54,595 nt of DNA, taken from contig JBMOFD010000002.1 in the NCBI GenBank assembly GCA_049314435.1, forward strand, positions 1 to 54,595. Reading direction: 5' to 3'. The position numbers and the translations under genes were made by a program. Position 1 is the first letter of the stretch, and each line of letters starts with the position of its first letter. The stretch is from Chlamydiia bacterium. Its GTDB lineage: Bacteria; Chlamydiota; Chlamydiia; Chlamydiales; JBMOFD01. The notes beneath the pieces were generated by a model. The model was not told the origin of the DNA and ran no database searches. It saw only the letters and a program-made list of their open reading frames with translations. Shown piece by piece: positions 49,787 to 54,595 of this stretch.

Positions 49787-50119
49787 GGTCAACAACCAGG
49801 GTCTCCCTCAATAGAGGACCCTTGCGCTCCTTATTCAATCTAAAGAAAGTGTGAGGGAAGATCCTCCCACCTCGTCTAGTTTCTAGCACCTCTTTTGGTG
49901 GCGATTTGTAAGGCTTGGATTGGACACCAAGTTGGTTCGTCTCTGTGTGTTCGACGTACGAGGTCTGAGTTGGTATGCTTACGCGACCTCTGTGCCGGAT
50001 GCCAATCCGGGTCGCCAAATCGACGGATTGTATTCCTTTTGGCTTGATTATGGTATGGGTGGGGGAATCGTTGGATGCAGGCCCCGGGGGGCTGCACCCG
50101 ACTGAACGCAATTCAGCTG

Positions 50120-51121
50120 ATGGCCTGGGAGGCAGGGTTGAAGGATTGGGTATGGGTATTCCCTGGACAAGGGGCCCACTATGTCGGGATGGGGCGCTCC
50201 CTTTTAATGCACAGCCCCGCAGCTCGAGATCTGTTTGCCGAGGCAGATGCTCTATTAGGCTATTCTCTCAGCGGGCTGGTTCAATTCGGCACGATGGAGC
50301 ACCTCTCGGAAATTCGATTTGGGCAGCCTGCCATCTTCACCGTGAGCGTGGCGATGCTGGCCGCACTGGAGGAGAGATTTCCCGGTGTGCAGCCCCTCGC
50401 TGTGGCTGGACTCAGCCTAGGTGAGTATTCAGCTCTCGTGGCCGCGCAGAGTATCTCTTTCCGTGAAGGTCTAGAGCTTGTGCATGAGCGTGCCGAAGCG
50501 ATGCATGAGGCATGTCAACTGAGCCATGGTCGCATGGTGGCGGTTCTCGGGATGCCCACCGCTGAGGTGGCGCGGGTGATTGCGACGTTGCAACGTCCCG
50601 ATGTGGTGTGTGCCAACTTCAATGGTCCTGGACAGGTTGTGCTCAGCGGCTCCGATGAAGGGATAGAGGCCGCTCTGGAAGCTCTTCGCGCTACTGGTCT
50701 CCGTCGTACCGTGGCGCTTGCCGTTCAGGGAGCCTTCCATAGTCCCTACATGGCGCCTGCGGCAAGTCGTTTAGCCAGGGCTCTATCTCGCGTGACCTTC
50801 AAGCCCGGGCGATGTCCCATTGCGCTCAACGTCACGGGGCAGATCCTAGACCCCAATCCCAGCTGGTCGCACCTTCTCATTCAGCAGATGGTAGCTCCCG
50901 TAAGATGGGAGAGCTGCGTGCATGCGCTGACGGCACTCAAGCCCCAGCCCCAGGGCTTCCTTGAGATTGGCCCGGGTCAGACGCTCTCTGCCCTGATCAA
51001 GAGGATTACCCATACTGGACCTGTCCTCAGTCTGGATGCCTATCCCGTATGGGAGCAGGCGGTAGATGGAGGCCGGGCGGCGAGCCCGCTCCTAGAGAAG
51101 TGGGCGTCTACATCTTCCTGA
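50120..51121 (+). CDS. fabD: Malonyl-CoA:ACP transacylase
   Basis: FPGQG, QPAIF, AGLSLGEY, GAFHS, EIGPG. Start is 50120 or the TTG at 50138. Confidence 0.95.
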   Translation: MAWEAGLKDWVWVFPGQGAHYVGMGRSLLMHSPAARDLFAEADALLGYSLSGLVQFGTMEHLSEIRFGQPAIFTVSVAMLAALEERFPGVQPLAVAGLSLGEYSALVAAQSISFREGLELVHERAEAMHEACQLSHGRMVAVLGMPTAEVARVIATLQRPDVVCANFNGPGQVVLSGSDEGIEAALEALRATGLRRTVALAVQGAFHSPYMAPAASRLARALSRVTFKPGRCPIALNVTGQILDPNPSWSHLLIQQMVAPVRWESCVHALTALKPQPQGFLEIGPGQTLSALIKRITHTGPVLSLDAYPVWEQAVDGGRAASPLLEKWASTSS

Positions 51122-51189
51122 TGCATGGTCGTTGTCTGGGTATCGACGGCGGTGGCCTTCTAGGTTAGAATCTAGCGCCATCTTTCTCC

Positions 51190-51618
51190 GTGAGGTCCCC
51201 CTTGTCTCTCTCCGACAAAATTGCGAAGATCCAGGCACTAATTGACCGCGCAGGATCACCGGGCGAACGAGAAGCCGCGCTCGCTGCTCTGGCGCGTGTG
51301 CAAAGGAGAGTGTCGGATCAGCCGAAGGAATTTTCCGTTCACCTGCCCGACATGTGGAGCAAGCAGCTCTTTATGGCGGTGTGCAGCAAGTTTGGCTTGA
51401 GAACCTACCGATATTCCCGCCAGAAGCACACCACCGCCATGGTCCGAGTGTCTCAGGCCGTGATGGACGAATGTCTGTGGCCTGAATACCAGAGGGTGCA
51501 CGGCATGCTCCAGGAATTGCAGCGGGACCTGGTGCAGGGATTCATCTCGAGGTTCAACCAGGGAGAAGAGCTTCAAGAGGATGTCATTGCAGGTGCATTG
51601 ACGGGTGCCCAGGGCTAG
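51190..51618 (+). CDS. Hypothetical protein with DUF2786-like N-terminus
   Basis: DKIAKIQALI.RA..PGEREAALAA, followed by YRY.RQK.TT.MVR. Confidence 0.6.
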   Translation: MRSPLSLSDKIAKIQALIDRAGSPGEREAALAALARVQRRVSDQPKEFSVHLPDMWSKQLFMAVCSKFGLRTYRYSRQKHTTAMVRVSQAVMDECLWPEYQRVHGMLQELQRDLVQGFISRFNQGEELQEDVIAGALTGAQG

Positions 51619-51674
51619 GGAATTTGTCGGTGCCAGAGCATCATTTGGGTCAATACGAGAACACGCGGTGACGC

Positions 51675-52124
51675 ATGCAGGAAAGAACAACACTCGATGG
51701 CACGGCACGTTGGCTGTGCCGCTTCGACAATTTCCAACGCGCTTTTATCCTGTTGCGCGCTTGCGTCGAAGACATGGGCGAGCGAGAGTTCACGCAGCTC
51801 GAGAAGGAAGGTGTCATTCGTCGATTTGGCTATACCTGGGAATTGAGCTGGAAGGTGCTAAAGGACTACCTCGAACACAAAGGTATCGTATTGGATACGG
51901 TGACGCCTGCAGCGGTTTTGAGGGAGGCTCTTGCTGCTAAGATCATTGATCGGGGCGATGTCTGGATGAGGGCTCTCGATGCTCGCAGCGGGATATCAGA
52001 CACCTGTGACCTGAAGACCTTCGAACGAATCATCCTAGAGATTCGCCACTACTATCTGGCCATTCTAGGAGAACTCTACCTGTACCTTCTTCAGAAACAG
52101 ACGGAGTACCCATCAGGTGGTTGA
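51675..52124 (+). CDS. HEPN protein, HI0074/nucleotidyltransferase substrate-binding family (degenerate active site)
   Basis: RW..RFDNF.RA, LEKEGVIRRFGYTWELSWK.LKDYL; RSGISDT at the position of the RNxxSHT motif. Confidence 0.85.
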   Translation: MQERTTLDGTARWLCRFDNFQRAFILLRACVEDMGEREFTQLEKEGVIRRFGYTWELSWKVLKDYLEHKGIVLDTVTPAAVLREALAAKIIDRGDVWMRALDARSGISDTCDLKTFERIILEIRHYYLAILGELYLYLLQKQTEYPSGG

Positions 52125-52290
52125 CCGTGGGCTGGCCGATGTCGCCGAGCAGACTCTCTTTACTAGGAGGGAGCTTGCAGCTGCAGCCGACGCGACAATA
52201 GAGGGCGTCGTCAGCGCCCCTCAAAAAATGGAGGTTGCAGGAGTTTGGACCTCTGTGGATGATCTTGATTAGGATCGACATAGGGGTGCC

Positions 52291-53046
52291 ATGCGACTTG
52301 ACCTCGAGGGGAGAACAGCCCTCATCACTGGAGCCACAAGTGGCATCGGCAAGGCGATTGCGCTCGCTTTAGCAGCGGAAGGTGTGAAGAGCGTCTTGGT
52401 TGGGACCTCTGCCGAACGTGGCGCTGAAATTGCAGCGCGGATCGCCGCTGAATATGGCATCCAAGCCATCTTCATGCGCTGCGATGTAGCCGACACGGCT
52501 GCGGTCCAGCAGCTATGTGGAGATGCGTGGGCTGCTCTTGGCCAGATCGATTTCCTGATCAACTGTGCTGGAGTCACTCAGGACTCTTTACTCATGAAAA
52601 TGGACGAGGCTTGTTGGGACCGAGTGCTTGACGTCAACCTCAAGTCGATCTACAACTTCTGTCAATCGCTGGTTCGCCCCATGATGAAGGCGCGGCAGGG
52701 CTCGATTGTGAATATGAGCTCTGTTGTGGGTCTCGTGGGCAATGCTGGGCAAACCCATTATGCCGCTGCTAAGGCGGGGATGATTGGATTCACGAAGGCG
52801 CTAGCGAAAGAAGTGGCCCCTCGCGGACTGAGGGTGAATTGCATCGCCCCAGGTTGGATCGAGACACCGATGACGCAGAACCTCACAGAGGCTCAGCGTC
52901 AGGCTGTAAATGGTATGATTCCGTTGCAGCGATTCGGAGCGCCTGAAGAGGTAGCGGCTACGGCTGTGTTCCTTTGTAGTGCGGCGGCGAGTTATATTAC
53001 AGGCCAGGTGTTGACGGTCGATGGCGGCATGGTGATGACGTCATAG
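52291..53046 (+). CDS. fabG: 3-oxoacyl-ACP reductase
   Basis: TGATSGIG, NCAG, YAAAK, YITGQVLTVDGG; lies upstream of acpP. Confidence 0.96.
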   Translation: MRLDLEGRTALITGATSGIGKAIALALAAEGVKSVLVGTSAERGAEIAARIAAEYGIQAIFMRCDVADTAAVQQLCGDAWAALGQIDFLINCAGVTQDSLLMKMDEACWDRVLDVNLKSIYNFCQSLVRPMMKARQGSIVNMSSVVGLVGNAGQTHYAAAKAGMIGFTKALAKEVAPRGLRVNCIAPGWIETPMTQNLTEAQRQAVNGMIPLQRFGAPEEVAATAVFLCSAAASYITGQVLTVDGGMVMTS

Positions 53047-53089
53047 CCCGGCTCTGAGCTTTTTAAGATCGTAATCTATAAGGAATACT

Positions 53090-53329
53090 ATGGCCTTAGA
53101 TAAGGAAGTGATTGATATCGTCGTCGAACAACTCGGCGTCGATCCTGCAGATGTGACTGCAGAAAAGTCCTTTGTCGAAGACTTCAATGCGGATTCCTTG
53201 GACCTCACCGAGCTCATCATGACGTTCGAAGAGCGCTTTGGTGTGGAGATCGCAGAAGAAGATGCTCAAAAGCTGAAGACTGTCGGCGATGTGATCCAAT
53301 ACATCACGCAGCTGAAGAGCAAGCAATAG
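53090..53329 (+). CDS. acpP: Acyl carrier protein
   Basis: [13 protein letters not shown] phosphopantetheine Ser, TVGD. Confidence 0.98.
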   Translation: MALDKEVIDIVVEQLGVDPADVTAEKSFVEDFNADSLDLTELIMTFEERFGVEIAEEDAQKLKTVGDVIQYITQLKSKQ

Positions 53330-53555
53330 CCCGTCTGGGCATCGACATGGGCCGTCGCGATTAGCCAGGAGCTGACGTGGCGCGTGTCGTTACAGCTATC
53401 CAAGGAAAAATAGGGCTGCTCTCTTCCTAGAGAGCAGCCTTCTCTACACAATCCAACCTCTTTTCTTAGTCGATTCTCTAGACACGGATTTTTTTATGGC
53501 TTTTGCATTTCTATCGTCTTTTCAAGACGTCCCTGGTAGAGGCTTCTCCAGGAGA

Positions 53556-54371
53556 ATGAGGAACAGGGTCAAGCATGGATGCGGACTTCTAGCTCTTCTC
53601 GGCGCGGCTACACTGGGCTCCCTGGATGCTCAGATTATTGAGCTGGACCACTTTGCGGACATGACGAAGTACGTGGATGCCGACACTTTAGTGCTACTCG
53701 ATATCGACGATACGATCCTCGTGCCTAAGCAGATGTTAGGCAGTGATGAATGGTTCTGCGCGCAGCTCCAGAGAAACAGGGAGACGACCAGCTCCAGAGA
53801 GGAGGCTCTTGAGCAGACTCTCGCTCAGTGGGAAGCCATCCGCATGATCACGAAGATGGAGCTGGTTGAGCCAGGAACGAACGATGTGATCGCGATGCTT
53901 CAGCATCGTGGTCATTGTGTAATGGGCCTGACGACCCAGGGGTTCACACTGGCCACACGCACATCACGTCAATTGGCTCGTGAGGGTATCTTCTTCACGA
54001 AGACGGCCCCTACAAGAGAGGAGCACTACTTGCAGTTGAATGGGCACGGCGTGCTCTTTCGTAATGGCATCCTCTTCACCTCGGGCACCTCTAAGGGAGA
54101 ATCGCTGTTTCGATGGCTGGATCAGGTGGGCATCACGCCTCAGCGCATCCTGTTTGTGAACGACAAAGAGAGCCATTTGCGTGATGTCGAAAGGGGCGCT
54201 GAGAAACATCATGTCCCCTTTGTGGGCCTGCGCTATGCCTACTCAGACGCACGTAAGCGAGCATTCTCTATGGAGATTGCTGACTATCAGTTACTCTACT
54301 CCACCTTCAATTACCTCATGAGTGACGAAGAGGCAGTGGCGGGGCTGAGTGTGCGGCAAATTGCGCAATAG
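53556..54371 (+). CDS. DUF2608 HAD-like exported protein
   Basis: Signal peptide, LLDIDDT, LGSDEWF, GILFT..KGE, FVND. Alternative start at 53496. Confidence 0.82.
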   Translation: MRNRVKHGCGLLALLGAATLGSLDAQIIELDHFADMTKYVDADTLVLLDIDDTILVPKQMLGSDEWFCAQLQRNRETTSSREEALEQTLAQWEAIRMITKMELVEPGTNDVIAMLQHRGHCVMGLTTQGFTLATRTSRQLAREGIFFTKTAPTREEHYLQLNGHGVLFRNGILFTSGTSKGESLFRWLDQVGITPQRILFVNDKESHLRDVERGAEKHHVPFVGLRYAYSDARKRAFSMEIADYQLLYSTFNYLMSDEEAVAGLSVRQIAQ

Positions 54372-54383
54372 GTGAGATCAGCG

Positions 54384-54406
54384 GAGCCGCCATGGAATGG
54401 CGGCTC
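54384..54406 (+). terminator. Stem-loop after the DUF2608 gene
   Basis: GAGCCGCCAT-GGA-ATGGCGGCTC perfect 10-bp stem; weak T tail. Confidence 0.45.
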
Positions 54407-54482
54407 TCTATCTGCGCGCTCGGCAGACGATAGACTGAAGCGATGGTATAGTAGCCCGGCAGCAGATGCATCGGAGCGGAGC

Positions 54483-54595
54483 ATGGTCTTTAGAGACACC
54501 TGGGAGAAGACGACCGAACATACTCAAGTCCCTGACGAGATCCTCCGTGCGATCATTGCCCAGGCCTTTCCTCAGGACGAGCTGCAGTCTCTTAA
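54483..54595 (+). CDS. N-terminal fragment of a gene running off the window; possibly aminoglycoside phosphotransferase family
   Basis: Open frame MVFRDTWEKTTEHTQVPDEILRAIIAQAFPQDELQSL; resembles the WEKT..AYP N-termini recalled for APH-family proteins. Confidence 0.45.
   Translation, partial: MVFRDTWEKTTEHTQVPDEILRAIIAQAFPQDELQSL

Noticed and set aside
49800..50119. fabH 3' remnant or small genes upstream of fabD
   Set aside because: No FabH motifs (GNTS, FGxG.TW) in the listed ORFs.
52201..52228. Terminator-like hairpin before fabG
   Set aside because: Imperfect stem with no T-tract on the 3' side of either strand.

Overview
Chromosomal segment of a member of the phylum Chlamydiota, probably an environmental lineage with unusually high GC (roughly mid-50s % by eye, not computed). 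The assignment rests on chlamydia-type neighbourhoods and proteins: groEL-groES-pepF-Nif3, ihfA-accA-msbA, Mcsc(CT260)-dnaQ, pdhABC without lpdA, recR-bamA-skp-lpxD, fabD-fabG-acpP and DUF2608. Accessory material is interleaved with this core: a broken ISAs1 transposase; two paralogous secreted pilin-like proteins; an AAA-ATPase/PD-(D/E)xK gene and an AbiEi/AbiEii toxin-antitoxin pair, each preceded by a perfect 26-bp-arm palindrome with a degenerate second copy nearby; a degenerate HEPN gene plus a DUF2786-like gene inside the fab operon; five glycosyltransferases that all begin with signal-peptide-like segments; and several candidate type III effectors. The most notable effector candidate fuses an IpaH/YopM-like LRR to a eukaryote-type HECT E3 ligase. 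No rRNA, tRNA or CRISPR array was seen. Family assignments come from motif recognition, not database searches.
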